From: Bacteroidaceae bacterium
GTDB lineage: Bacteria > Bacteroidota > Bacteroidia > Bacteroidales > Bacteroidaceae
Length of the DNA stretch: 64,000 nt
Direction of reading: 5' to 3'
Assembly: GCA_017516265.1 (NCBI GenBank)
Contig: JAFXDL010000051.1
Location: 3,477-67,476, forward strand
Part shown: in pieces, positions 38,310 through 47,421 of the stretch
Numbering within the stretch: position 1 is the first letter of the stretch
Layout: every line of letters starts with the position of its first letter
The notes under the pieces: model-generated
The model's input: the letters and a program-made list of their open reading frames with translations, nothing else
Databases searched by the model: none
Told to the model about the DNA's origin: nothing
Program-made: the position numbers and the translations under genes

Positions 38310-40790
38310 ATGAAGATTAGAAGAAGCATATTCAGCGAAATAGAAGAAGCAAACGAGAACGACGGTTCGTTTTCGTTGATTGCCGATTTTGACGGTAACG
38401 AAGAAACCATATTTGAAGAACCCATTGATGAGATTTTGCCGATACTCCCATTGAGGAACATGGTGTTGTTTCCTGGTGTGGTATTGCCTGTATCCATCGG
38501 GCGTACATCATCCCTGAAACTGGTGAAGCAAGCCTTCAAGAACCAGAAGAAGATAGGCGCTTTCACCCAGCGTCTGCCCGAGACAGAAGTCCCCTCATTG
38601 TCCGACCTTTATAACATCGGTACTGCAGCTAAGGTCATCCGCATACTGGAGATGCCCGATGGGACGACCACCATCATCCTGCAAGGCATGTCGCGCATCA
38701 ATCTGGTTGAACTCACCTCGTACAACCCCTATCATCGGGGACGTGTGGAGGTGTTGCGCGAGGAGTTTCCCGAGCGTACCAGTCGCGAGTATGAGGCCGT
38801 GGTGGACAATTGCAAGGACTTGGCCATTGACTTCCTGAAAAACTCGGATTACCCCGTGCAGACGGTGTTTGCCATCAAGAATATCAGCAACAAGATGTTC
38901 TTGACAAACTTCATCTCCACCAACCTCGTATCGTCCATCAATGACAAAATCAACCTCTTGTGCGAGGCTTCGTTGCTTAAGCGTGCGTATGAATTGCTCT
39001 CCATCCTCAACCGCGAGGTGCAATTGGCAAAATTGAAGGCCAACATTCAGATGCGCACCCGTGAGGACATCGACCAGCAACAGAAGGAGTACTTCCTGCA
39101 ACAACAAATCAAGAACATACAGGACGAACTGGGTGGCACACGCGAGGACAAGGACATGCACGACCTCAGAAAACGGGCCGACAAGAAGACCTGGAGCAAG
39201 GAGGTGCGTGCCATCTTTGACAAGGAGATGGGCAAACTTGAACGCATCAATCCCCAGTCGCCCGACTTCAACGTGCAACTGAACTACCTGGAGACCATGC
39301 TCAATCTGCCGTGGGGTGAATGCACCACGGACAACCTCAATCTGGTGAATGCCGAGAAGACCCTCAATCGCGACCATTACGGACTGGAGAAGGTGAAAGA
39401 GCGTATCCTCGAATACCTGGCCGTACTGAAGATGCGAGGCGACCTGAAGTCGCCCATCCTCTGCCTCTATGGCCCTCCGGGTGTGGGAAAGACCTCGTTG
39501 GGAAAGAGCATTGCCGCAGCGCTGAAGCGCAAGTATGTGCGCGTATCCCTGGGCGGACTTCATGACGAGTCCGAAATCCGCGGACACCGTCGTACCTACA
39601 TTGGCGCCATGCCCGGACGCATCATCAAGAGCATCTCCAAGGCAGGTTCGTCAAATCCCGTATTCATCCTCGACGAGATTGACAAGATTGCCCAGATGAC
39701 CCATCAGGGCGACCCTGCATCGGCCTTGCTCGAAGTGCTCGACCCCGAGCAGAACAATGCCTTCCATGACAACTTCCTCGAGGTGGATTACGACCTCTCC
39801 AAGGTGATGTTCATCGCTACGGCAAATAGCCTGAACACCATCCCCGGCCCCCTACTCGACCGTATGGAGCTCATCGAAGTGAGCGGTTACATCACCGAGG
39901 AGAAAATTGAGATAGCCCGTCGGCACTTGATACCCAAGGAGATGGAGAATGTAGGGCTGAAGAAGACCGACATCAAGCTGAACAAGGCTGCTATCGAGTT
40001 CATCATCGAAAACTATACCCGCGAGAGTGGTGTGCGCGAGCTGAGCAAGAAAATCAGCAAACTCATGCGCCGCGTTGCCAAGGACTATGCCACACAGGGA
40101 TACTCCATCTATAGCGACATCAAGCCCGCTGATGTGCGCGAGCTCTTGGGAGTGCCCGAATTCAGTCGCGACATCTATCAGGGCAACGAGTATGCCGGTG
40201 TGGTCACAGGTCTTGCATGGACGGCCGTAGGAGGCGAAATCCTCTTCGTGGAGACCAGCTTGAGCAAGGGCAAGGGCGGACGCCTCACACTGACGGGTAA
40301 TCTGGGCGATGTGATGAAGGAGTCGGCCATGTTGGCACTGGAGTACCTGAAGGCCCACACCCACCTGCTGAACATCGACAATGCGATATTCGAGAATTGG
40401 AACATCCACATCCATGTGCCCGAAGGCGCCATCCCCAAGGACGGACCCTCGGCAGGTATCACCATGGCCACCTCCCTGGCATCAGCGCTCACCCAGCGCA
40501 AGGTCAAGGCCAATCTGGCCATGACGGGCGAAATCACCCTGCGCGGAAAAGTGCTTCCCGTAGGAGGCATCAAGGAGAAGATACTGGCAGCAAAGCGTGC
40601 CGGCATCAAGGAAATCATCCTCAGCCAGGAGAACCGCAAGAACATCGAAGAGATACCCGCCATCTACCTCAAGGGCCTCACCTTCCACTATGTCAACAAC
40701 GTGAAGGAGGTGCTCGACATTGCCCTGCTTGACGAGCAGGTAGAGAATCCCATAAATTTTACCGTCGAAGAGAAAGAAGAGAAGAAATAG
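38310..40790 (+). CDS. lon: Lon protease
   Basis: Lon N-domain [13 protein letters not shown], Walker [21 protein letters not shown], catalytic PKDGPSAG and GGIKEK. Confidence 0.97.
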   Translation: MKIRRSIFSEIEEANENDGSFSLIADFDGNEETIFEEPIDEILPILPLRNMVLFPGVVLPVSIGRTSSLKLVKQAFKNQKKIGAFTQRLPETEVPSLSDLYNIGTAAKVIRILEMPDGTTTIILQGMSRINLVELTSYNPYHRGRVEVLREEFPERTSREYEAVVDNCKDLAIDFLKNSDYPVQTVFAIKNISNKMFLTNFISTNLVSSINDKINLLCEASLLKRAYELLSILNREVQLAKLKANIQMRTREDIDQQQKEYFLQQQIKNIQDELGGTREDKDMHDLRKRADKKTWSKEVRAIFDKEMGKLERINPQSPDFNVQLNYLETMLNLPWGECTTDNLNLVNAEKTLNRDHYGLEKVKERILEYLAVLKMRGDLKSPILCLYGPPGVGKTSLGKSIAAALKRKYVRVSLGGLHDESEIRGHRRTYIGAMPGRIIKSISKAGSSNPVFILDEIDKIAQMTHQGDPASALLEVLDPEQNNAFHDNFLEVDYDLSKVMFIATANSLNTIPGPLLDRMELIEVSGYITEEKIEIARRHLIPKEMENVGLKKTDIKLNKAAIEFIIENYTRESGVRELSKKISKLMRRVAKDYATQGYSIYSDIKPADVRELLGVPEFSRDIYQGNEYAGVVTGLAWTAVGGEILFVETSLSKGKGGRLTLTGNLGDVMKESAMLALEYLKAHTHLLNIDNAIFENWNIHIHVPEGAIPKDGPSAGITMATSLASALTQRKVKANLAMTGEITLRGKVLPVGGIKEKILAAKRAGIKEIILSQENRKNIEEIPAIYLKGLTFHYVNNVKEVLDIALLDEQVENPINFTVEEKEEKK

Positions 40791-40791
40791 C

Positions 40792-41922
40792 ATGAAATTT
40801 GAGCTTCAACATACCGACCCCAAGTCGAATGCCCGTGCTGGACTCATCACCACCGACCACGGACAGATTGAGACCCCCATCTTCATGCCCGTGGGCACAC
40901 TGGGCAGTGTCAAGGGTGTGCACCTGACCGAACTGAAGGAGGACATCCGTGCGCAGATTATCCTTGGCAACACCTATCACCTCTACCTCCGCCCGGGGTT
41001 GGATGTGCTGGAAAAGGCAGGAGGCCTCCACCGCTTCAATGGTTTCGACCGCCCCATGCTTACCGATAGTGGCGGGTTTCAGGTTTTCTCCCTCTCGGGC
41101 ATCCGCAAGATGAAGGAGGAGGGCGTGGAGTTCCGCTCGCACATCGATGGTAGCAAACACCTCTTCACCCCCGAGCGGGTGATGGACATCGAGCGCACCA
41201 TCGGAGCCGACATCATGATGGCCTTTGACGAATGCACCCCCGGCACGGCCGACTACGACTATGCCCGCCTGTCGCTGGAGCGCACCCACCGTTGGCTCGA
41301 CCGTTGCCTCACACGCTTCAACGAGACCGAGCCCAAGTACGGCTACCACCAGGCACTCTTCCCCATCGTGCAGGGATGCATCTATCCCGACCTCCGACGC
41401 CGTTCGGCCGAGTTCATAGCATCCAAGGGAGCCGAGGGAAATGCCATCGGAGGACTGGCCGTAGGCGAACCCACCGAGAAGATGTATGAGATGATAGAGG
41501 TGGTCAACGAAATCCTCCCCACCGACAAGCCCCGCTACCTCATGGGAGTGGGCACACCCATGAATCTGCTCGAGGGCATCGAGCGCGGTGTCGATATGTT
41601 CGATTGCGTCATGCCCACCCGAAACGGACGCAATGGCATGCTCTTCACCAAGGACGGCATCATCAATATGAAGAACAAGAAGTGGGAGACTGACTTCTCG
41701 CCCATCGAAGCCGATGGGGCCTCCGTTGTGGACACCCTCTACACCAAGGCTTACCTGCGCCACCTCTTCCATGCGCAGGAATTGTTGGCCATGCAGATTG
41801 CATCGGTGCACAACCTCGCCTTCTACCTGTGGCTCGTGGGCGAAGCGCGTCGCCACATCATCGCTGGCGACTTCTCCACATGGAAGCCTATGATGATGAA
41901 GCGCATTTCGACAAGACTCTGA
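40792..41922 (+). CDS. tgt: Queuine tRNA-ribosyltransferase
   Basis: TPIFMPVGT, NTYHL, TDSGGFQVFS, IGGLAVGE and DMFDCVMPTR. Confidence 0.97.
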   Translation: MKFELQHTDPKSNARAGLITTDHGQIETPIFMPVGTLGSVKGVHLTELKEDIRAQIILGNTYHLYLRPGLDVLEKAGGLHRFNGFDRPMLTDSGGFQVFSLSGIRKMKEEGVEFRSHIDGSKHLFTPERVMDIERTIGADIMMAFDECTPGTADYDYARLSLERTHRWLDRCLTRFNETEPKYGYHQALFPIVQGCIYPDLRRRSAEFIASKGAEGNAIGGLAVGEPTEKMYEMIEVVNEILPTDKPRYLMGVGTPMNLLEGIERGVDMFDCVMPTRNGRNGMLFTKDGIINMKNKKWETDFSPIEADGASVVDTLYTKAYLRHLFHAQELLAMQIASVHNLAFYLWLVGEARRHIIAGDFSTWKPMMMKRISTRL

Positions 41923-41940
41923 TGAAAACTCTCTAAGGGG

Positions 41941-42016
41941 CTTCTCTAGATTTTCTCTAGATTTTCTAGAAATTCTAGACATTCTAGAGATTCTAGAAAT
42001 TCTAGAGCCTCTAGAG
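41941..42016. repeat. 9-bp period CTAG array
   Basis: Eight CTAG units between tgt and lptF/G. Confidence 0.85.
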
Positions 42017-42067
42017 TCCAAAGAACCCTTCTTCAAAATTAAAAACTCAGCATAAGCAAGAAAACTA

Positions 42068-43162
42068 ATGAAACTCCTTACCCGGCTCGACCGCTACATC
42101 ATCGCCAAGTTCTTGGGCACCTACTTCTTTTCCATTGCCCTGATACTGAGTATTTCCGTAGTATTCGACCTCAACGAAAAGATTGACAAGTTCGTGGAGC
42201 ACAACGCCCCCATGCAAGCCATCGTGTTTGACTATTACCTCAACTTCATCCCCTACTTTGCCAACCTCTTCAGTGCACTCTTTGTCTTCATTGCCGTCAT
42301 CTTCTTCACCTCCAAGCTGGCCGAGAACTCCGAAATCATCGCCATGTTCTCCTGCGGCATGAGCCTGAAGCGCCTGATGCGCCCCTACATGATTTCGGCA
42401 GCTATCATAGCCCTCATGTCCTACGGGCTCAGCTCCTACGTCATCCCCAAAGGCAGTGTGGTGCGCCTAGACTTTCAGGAGCGGTATGTCAAGAAGAAAA
42501 GGGTCGATTATGCCCGCAACATACAGATGGCCGTAGAGCCCGACGTCATAGCCTACATTGAGCGCTACGAGGACTTCAACAAGACCGGCTACCGCTTCTC
42601 GCTCGACAAGTTTCAGGACAAGAAGCTCATCTCCCACCTCACCGCCCGCTCCATCACCTACGACACCATCAGCGGTGCCCCCAACCGATGGAAGCTCAAG
42701 GACTACATGATCCGTAACCTCGAAGGCAAGCACGAAGTCATCACCAGTGGAAAGTCCATGGACACCATCATCGCCATGGAGCCGGCCGACTTCCTTATCA
42801 TGAAGAACCAGCAGGAGACCATGACCAGCCCCGAACTCAGTGCCTACATTGCCAAGCAGAAAGCCCGAGGCATTGCCAACGTCAAGGAGTTCGAAATCGA
42901 GTACCACAAGCGCATTGCCATGGCCTTTGCCGCCTTCATCCTCACCACCATCGGCCTCACCCTCTCGTGCAAGAAGACCAAGGGTGGCATGGGGCTCAAT
43001 CTCGGTGTAGGTCTTGCCCTCAGTTTCTCCTACATCCTTTTCCAGACCGTTTCGTCCACCTTTGCCGTCAATGGCAACGTGCCCCCCATCGTGGCCGTGT
43101 GGATTCCTAATTTCCTCTACGCCATCATTGCCGTATATCTCTACATCAAGGCACCGAAGTGA
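42068..43162 (+). CDS. LptF/LptG family LPS export permease
   Basis: LDRYI, SKLAENSEIIAMFSCGMS..RLMRP, EYHKRIA and AVWIPN with a 6-TM topology. Confidence 0.92.
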   Translation: MKLLTRLDRYIIAKFLGTYFFSIALILSISVVFDLNEKIDKFVEHNAPMQAIVFDYYLNFIPYFANLFSALFVFIAVIFFTSKLAENSEIIAMFSCGMSLKRLMRPYMISAAIIALMSYGLSSYVIPKGSVVRLDFQERYVKKKRVDYARNIQMAVEPDVIAYIERYEDFNKTGYRFSLDKFQDKKLISHLTARSITYDTISGAPNRWKLKDYMIRNLEGKHEVITSGKSMDTIIAMEPADFLIMKNQQETMTSPELSAYIAKQKARGIANVKEFEIEYHKRIAMAFAAFILTTIGLTLSCKKTKGGMGLNLGVGLALSFSYILFQTVSSTFAVNGNVPPIVAVWIPNFLYAIIAVYLYIKAPK

Positions 43163-43274
43163 GTCAGCGTGGGGGCTTTCTCTCCTCCCCCCTTCGCCCC
43201 TTTGTTCCCTTCGATTGTTGTGCCAGCTTCAACAATGTGTGGTTAGGGAGTATCAAGTTCTGCAGCACTATCTA

Positions 43275-43306
43275 CTCCCCTCCCTTGTGGAGGGGCAGGG
43301 GGAGGG
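43275..43306. repeat. REP-like palindrome
   Basis: CTCCCCTCCCTTGTGGAGGGGCAGGGGGAGGG, the same style as 2214-2232. Confidence 0.55.
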
Positions 43307-44115
43307 TCTGTTACTGCAAAGATACAACATCCGAAGGGCGGTTTGCAACTTTTCGTGCCACTCAATTTGAAATTAACATTTCGCGAGAGGTAAAGCGTTG
43401 AAAGGGAGTGGATTGCAAAAAATGTTGGCGGATTTATTTTTTGAGTTTCTCCCCGATTACAGTTATTACAGATTACAGATAACAGTTAGGTAAACGAAAA
43501 AATAGCAGATTGGGCTATTTTGAACGGACAATGGACAATTAATTTTGCATACTATCTGTTTTTGCCCCTTTGTCACTTCAAAAGAGAATTATTATCTTAT
43601 ATATATAATTATATATATTAATATAATGAAATGCATTTACATGTTTGCAATTGAACAGCAAATGATATACCTTTCATATTTAATTGTCCATTGTCCATTG
43701 TCCACCATTTTGGTATTTGCTATAGCACATGGCCTCCTGTCGTATATCTCGGCCATTGAAAATAGATTTTTTTTTGTCACACCTTTTAAAAATTTTCCAT
43801 CCGTCCACAAAAAAATCTTATCACTAATGGCTTTTTCAAACCTTCTATAAGCAACTGTAGTTCATTTACTTTATGATGGACATTGTTTTCTACATTTGGC
43901 AAAATTGGCCATAACTTTGATACGAAAACACTGTTTAATATAATAATATTTCACGACAAATTGAGAGCCTACAATAATCCTAACCCGACACTTGTTATCA
44001 CCCCAGGATGGGGGACAATGGACAAATGGACAATTGATTTTCTTTGCAGAGTATTTTATGAAGATACCCGTCTATTACGATTTCGAGTTTTTTCACCGAT
44101 ACAGATTAAATTCCC

Positions 44116-44358
44116 TTATCGGCAAGTTTCATTTCGTTTTTCGGGTGCAGAATTCTCTATAATTATGTCAATATAATACTTGAAAAAATTGTGATTAAGA
44201 ATTAAACTAATACGCAGAAGTAGTTCGGTATCAATGCTTTTGCGTTGAAAGATATTGTACACATTTGTTCGGTCGCAAAAAAGTTTTCTTGCAAACCAAC
44301 TGACTGTTCGCTCTTGACGATGCAGTTCTTCCTGTATGAGTTCTCCAATGTGTAACAT
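44116..44358 (-). CDS. Small XRE-type HTH protein
   Basis: HIGELIQEELHRQERTVSWFARKLFCDRTNVYNIFQRKSIDTELLLRIS is the typical Bacteroidales small XRE-HTH pattern. Confidence 0.8.
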   Translation of the reverse strand: MLHIGELIQEELHRQERTVSWFARKLFCDRTNVYNIFQRKSIDTELLLRISLILNHNFFKYYIDIIIENSAPEKRNETCR

Positions 44359-44384
44359 ATAAAAAAGGGCGGAACCATTCAGTA

Positions 44385-44521
44385 CTTATTTCCGAACTGA
44401 GGTACCGCCAAGCACCGTGTAGTTAAATAAGCATGAACAATTCACACCCAAACGGGTATGAACTATTACTTGCTTATTCCCAACTACTTCATTTTGGCGG
44501 TTTTCAGTCCGTGAGAATAAG
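44385..44521 (-). ncRNA. 137-nt rod-shaped hairpin in the 5' leader of the HTH gene
   Basis: Six stacked helices: CTTATT/AATAAG, CGGACTGA/TCAGTTCG, ACCGCCAA/TTGGCGGT, GTAGTT/AACTAC, AATAAGCA/TGCTTATT, AATAGTTCATACCC/GGGTGTGAATTGTT. G-U pairs form only on the minus strand. -7 box TAAATTTG at ~44586-44593. Confidence 0.65.
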
Positions 44522-44639
44522 AGCAAAAGCTCGAATATCATATATGTATGAATGGAAACGCTTTTCCGTTTGTTTTTTATTTGGTTGCAAATTTACGCTT
44601 TCTTCCGCATAATTCAATGATATAAACTGAATATTTGCG

Positions 44640-44673
44640 AAAAAAGTCTGCTTGGATTAACCAAACAGACTTT
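44640..44673 (-). terminator. Terminator after 174-aa gene
   Basis: AAAGTCTGTTTGG / CCAAGCAGACTTT followed by a T-run on the minus strand. Confidence 0.65.
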
Positions 44674-44704
44674 AAATTATGAAATTATACAATGCTACGT
44701 CTAA

Positions 44705-45229
44705 TTATTGAACATTGATTTCTGTGTTAGACATTACAGAAGCGTTGATTTGTGTACCCGCAGGAATTTCGCCCTTTCCACCTTTAATCAAGAATCCGAG
44801 CAAACAACACAGTGTTACTACTACGGAAAGTACGACTTTATTCTTTCCTTCATCAAAAACGTTTCCATTAGTCAAATAAATAGAAGTACCATCTACTGCT
44901 TGAACAGATTTTACGGCAATTTCAACTTCACCAGCAGAACCGAGAAGACCATTCTTTTCTGCACGAACAACTTGACCTTGTGCAAGACTACCTGCGGCAA
45001 TAATCGTTTTACCATCTACCTTAATGTCTTGTACGACTCTAAATTGTACGATTTGGCCAGCACGAACTTGATTGCCATCAATAGAAGTTTCTAATGATAA
45101 AGGAACGGCTGTACCAGCTTTTAAAACAACAGTTCCGCTTGGAGCTGTAAATGACATGAAAAGCATTGCCATAGCCATTAACAGAAGGCTAGGTCTAAAA
45201 CTTTTTGAATTGATAAGTTTTCTAAACAT
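44705..45229 (-). CDS. Secreted protein, VirB10/TrbI-like beta-barrel with hydrophobic hairpin
   Basis: Signal peptide. The LKAGT..L.TSID...GQ.V.F.V..D....G..II.AGS...G.V ... IPAGT pattern has a hydrophobic VVLSVVVTLCCLLGFLI insert. The family call is by eye. Confidence 0.55.
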   Translation of the reverse strand: MFRKLINSKSFRPSLLLMAMAMLFMSFTAPSGTVVLKAGTAVPLSLETSIDGNQVRAGQIVQFRVVQDIKVDGKTIIAAGSLAQGQVVRAEKNGLLGSAGEVEIAVKSVQAVDGTSIYLTNGNVFDEGKNKVVLSVVVTLCCLLGFLIKGGKGEIPAGTQINASVMSNTEINVQ

Positions 45230-45251
45230 ACTAATCTGATTTTTTTAATTG

Positions 45252-46457
45252 TTAATAAATAAATAATTTATTCGCATTGTATATTCTTGTTGTATAATCA
45301 CAATGAATTTTCTCATTGTATCTGACGGCACTTCTTCCTGCTCCATTAATATTTCCAAAGTAGAAAGATAGAGAAAGAAAGCCACAAAGACCTGCTACTC
45401 CATAATTTTCAGATTTGATACTTGTGTAAGTTGCATAGGCAAGAAGTGAATTCATAACTAATGAAGTTATGGCACTTCCTGTATGCTTTGTATAGAGGTA
45501 ACCTCCTCCAGGAATAATAGAAAGAATACGTGCCAACGTGGGGCTTTTATATTTGCTTTCTTGTATTTGTTTCAATAATTGCAGATTCTCAGAAGCATGA
45601 ATGTCTATTTCACTTTTGTAGTCATCTGCATGTAAAAATGTTTGTTTGGCTTTTTGGTATTTTTTTTGCTTGGTTTGCAAATATGCTTTATAGACTATAC
45701 TTCGATAATAGGAAGTTGTATCATTCCATTCTTTTATATGATTTAAGGCTTGCTCTGCCAATGGTGCATTTTCAACGTTGTCATAAAGAATGGCCGCTTG
45801 TAGAGCAATCTTTGCATCTGATTTCAAAGAGAGAGCATAATTATTTTCATACTCAAAAATACCATCTTCATATCTGTTCAGTCCTCTATAACAAAGGAGT
45901 TTCTGATGATATAGACTTATCTCTTGATTTCCATAAAACTGAAGTCGTTCAATCTCAGCCAATGCAGGTTCATACAGCTTCCTATTGATTAGATGGTGAA
46001 TGAATTGCTCATCTAATCTGTATGTCCGTCTTTGTAAAACATCAACTTGTGGCTCTATTTCTCTCTTATATGCTAATGTATGAGACAATTCATCGTTGAA
46101 AGGATAATCCAATATACTCTTATGTCCATATTCATATGTTGTATCGTAAAATTGGGCATCATGACTACATCGTATCACTCTGTCTGCAATCATCGGAAGA
46201 GCCTTGTAAATAGGATATTTGTCAAGCACCATCAAACCATAATTCGAACATGAAGGATACATGGCGCATTTCCCATTTTTATGCTTGCTGATAAAGTCTT
46301 GGTATAGTTTGATGTAATCTGTGGATGCATGATTGATTGTGTCTGTCGTGTAATTTGTCTGTATGATTTCCCCATCTACTTTTTCTTGTGGAAAAAGCAT
46401 GCTTGGACATATATATATAATAATGTGACAAAAAAACAAATAATATTTTGCTTGCAT
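45252..46457 (-). CDS. YidD-like (haemolytic) domain - TPR - membrane domain fusion
   Basis: YQDFIS....CAMYPSCSNYG...RVIRC is the YidD motif. A TPR-like middle is followed by C-terminal KSPTLARILSIIPGGGYLY and TM helices. Confidence 0.7.
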   Translation of the reverse strand: MQAKYYLFFCHIIIYICPSMLFPQEKVDGEIIQTNYTTDTINHASTDYIKLYQDFISKHKNGKCAMYPSCSNYGLMVLDKYPIYKALPMIADRVIRCSHDAQFYDTTYEYGHKSILDYPFNDELSHTLAYKREIEPQVDVLQRRTYRLDEQFIHHLINRKLYEPALAEIERLQFYGNQEISLYHQKLLCYRGLNRYEDGIFEYENNYALSLKSDAKIALQAAILYDNVENAPLAEQALNHIKEWNDTTSYYRSIVYKAYLQTKQKKYQKAKQTFLHADDYKSEIDIHASENLQLLKQIQESKYKSPTLARILSIIPGGGYLYTKHTGSAITSLVMNSLLAYATYTSIKSENYGVAGLCGFLSLSFYFGNINGAGRSAVRYNEKIHCDYTTRIYNANKLFIY

Positions 46458-46797
46458 AGTTATCTTTGCTTATAATGGTGCAAAGGTAACTTAAATAGGA
46501 ACAAAGAACGTTTTTAGTTTGTTGTACATATTTTACGTTTGTGTCGAGAATAATTCAACACTTATAAAAGAATTGCTTTCAATGCGCATTCATACACAGA
46601 ATAGACATTGTTTAAATCAGTAAAAATAAATCATTATCAGTGCGAGAATGATGTACCTTTTCCTTACAAAAACTCATCAAATAAAAGGAAAAGGTTTATC
46701 TCTGCCCCCTCACATCATTAAATTAAGTTTACCGTGATAGCTCCTTAAACGGTAGCGATAAAGTTGTTGAAGATTGATTTTTTGAATGTTTTATCAA

Positions 46798-47418
46798 TTA
46801 TAGTTTTGATATAGTTTCATCAAATTTCTGACACTTTATATAATATGTACTAATATTAGGTGGAAGTGACAATAATTTGTCCTTTAGTTCTCGATTGCAA
46901 ATAACGTCCCAATCAGAAGAGGTTTCTGCCAAATCCATAAGATCTGAGTAAAATTCCATTGTTCCATCTTCATCAACATCAATGTCCGTGACAAGAATGA
47001 AAGCGATTGATGTATCTTTGAATATATTCTCATTCTCGGACACTTCTCTACAGATAGACATACTGTCCATCAATTTTTTATTCAAGTTATATTTGTCTGC
47101 CTGTTCTTTTATTTCCGTCTGCAACGTATCAGGATTCGTATGAAAAGCAAGGAAATCAGTCCAACCTTTCAATTCAACAAAACAGCAAAGTTGGTTCTTA
47201 TAAGTAAAGCCATCTACTGAAGATTTAGGATTTCCACTCTTTCCTCTTTGATATTCCGTTTTTACCTCATCAAAGTCTATTATCGGATACGCCATAACAT
47301 ACTTACAACGATGACCATTAGACTTATTGCAGGGCTTGTGTAAGTCACAAAGGATATGCTCTGTCAAGTTAAAGTCAGAAATCAATTTTGTATACAATTC
47401 AGCTGGAGTCTGTATCAT
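46798..47418 (-). CDS. Hypothetical protein, putative PD-(D/E)XK nuclease
   Basis: IDFDEVK...SSVDGF...FVELKG matches D...ExK spacing. It starts 3 nt after the ATPase stop. Confidence 0.55.
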   Translation of the reverse strand: MIQTPAELYTKLISDFNLTEHILCDLHKPCNKSNGHRCKYVMAYPIIDFDEVKTEYQRGKSGNPKSSVDGFTYKNQLCCFVELKGWTDFLAFHTNPDTLQTEIKEQADKYNLNKKLMDSMSICREVSENENIFKDTSIAFILVTDIDVDEDGTMEFYSDLMDLAETSSDWDVICNRELKDKLLSLPPNISTYYIKCQKFDETISKL

Positions 47419-47421
47419 AAC

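Noticed and set aside
40759-42036. 425-aa minus-strand ORF (and similar long antisense ORFs at 29155-30543, 30547-31608, 38595-39587, 56925-58214, 5488-6552)
   Set aside because: These are shadows of well-supported genes on the opposite strand, caused by codon bias. They have no motifs, and this one begins inside a CTAG repeat array.
43545-44176. ORFs 43545-43850 and 43883-44176
   Set aside because: They have TTG starts, low-complexity AT-rich translations, run through repeat motifs and show no recognisable domains.
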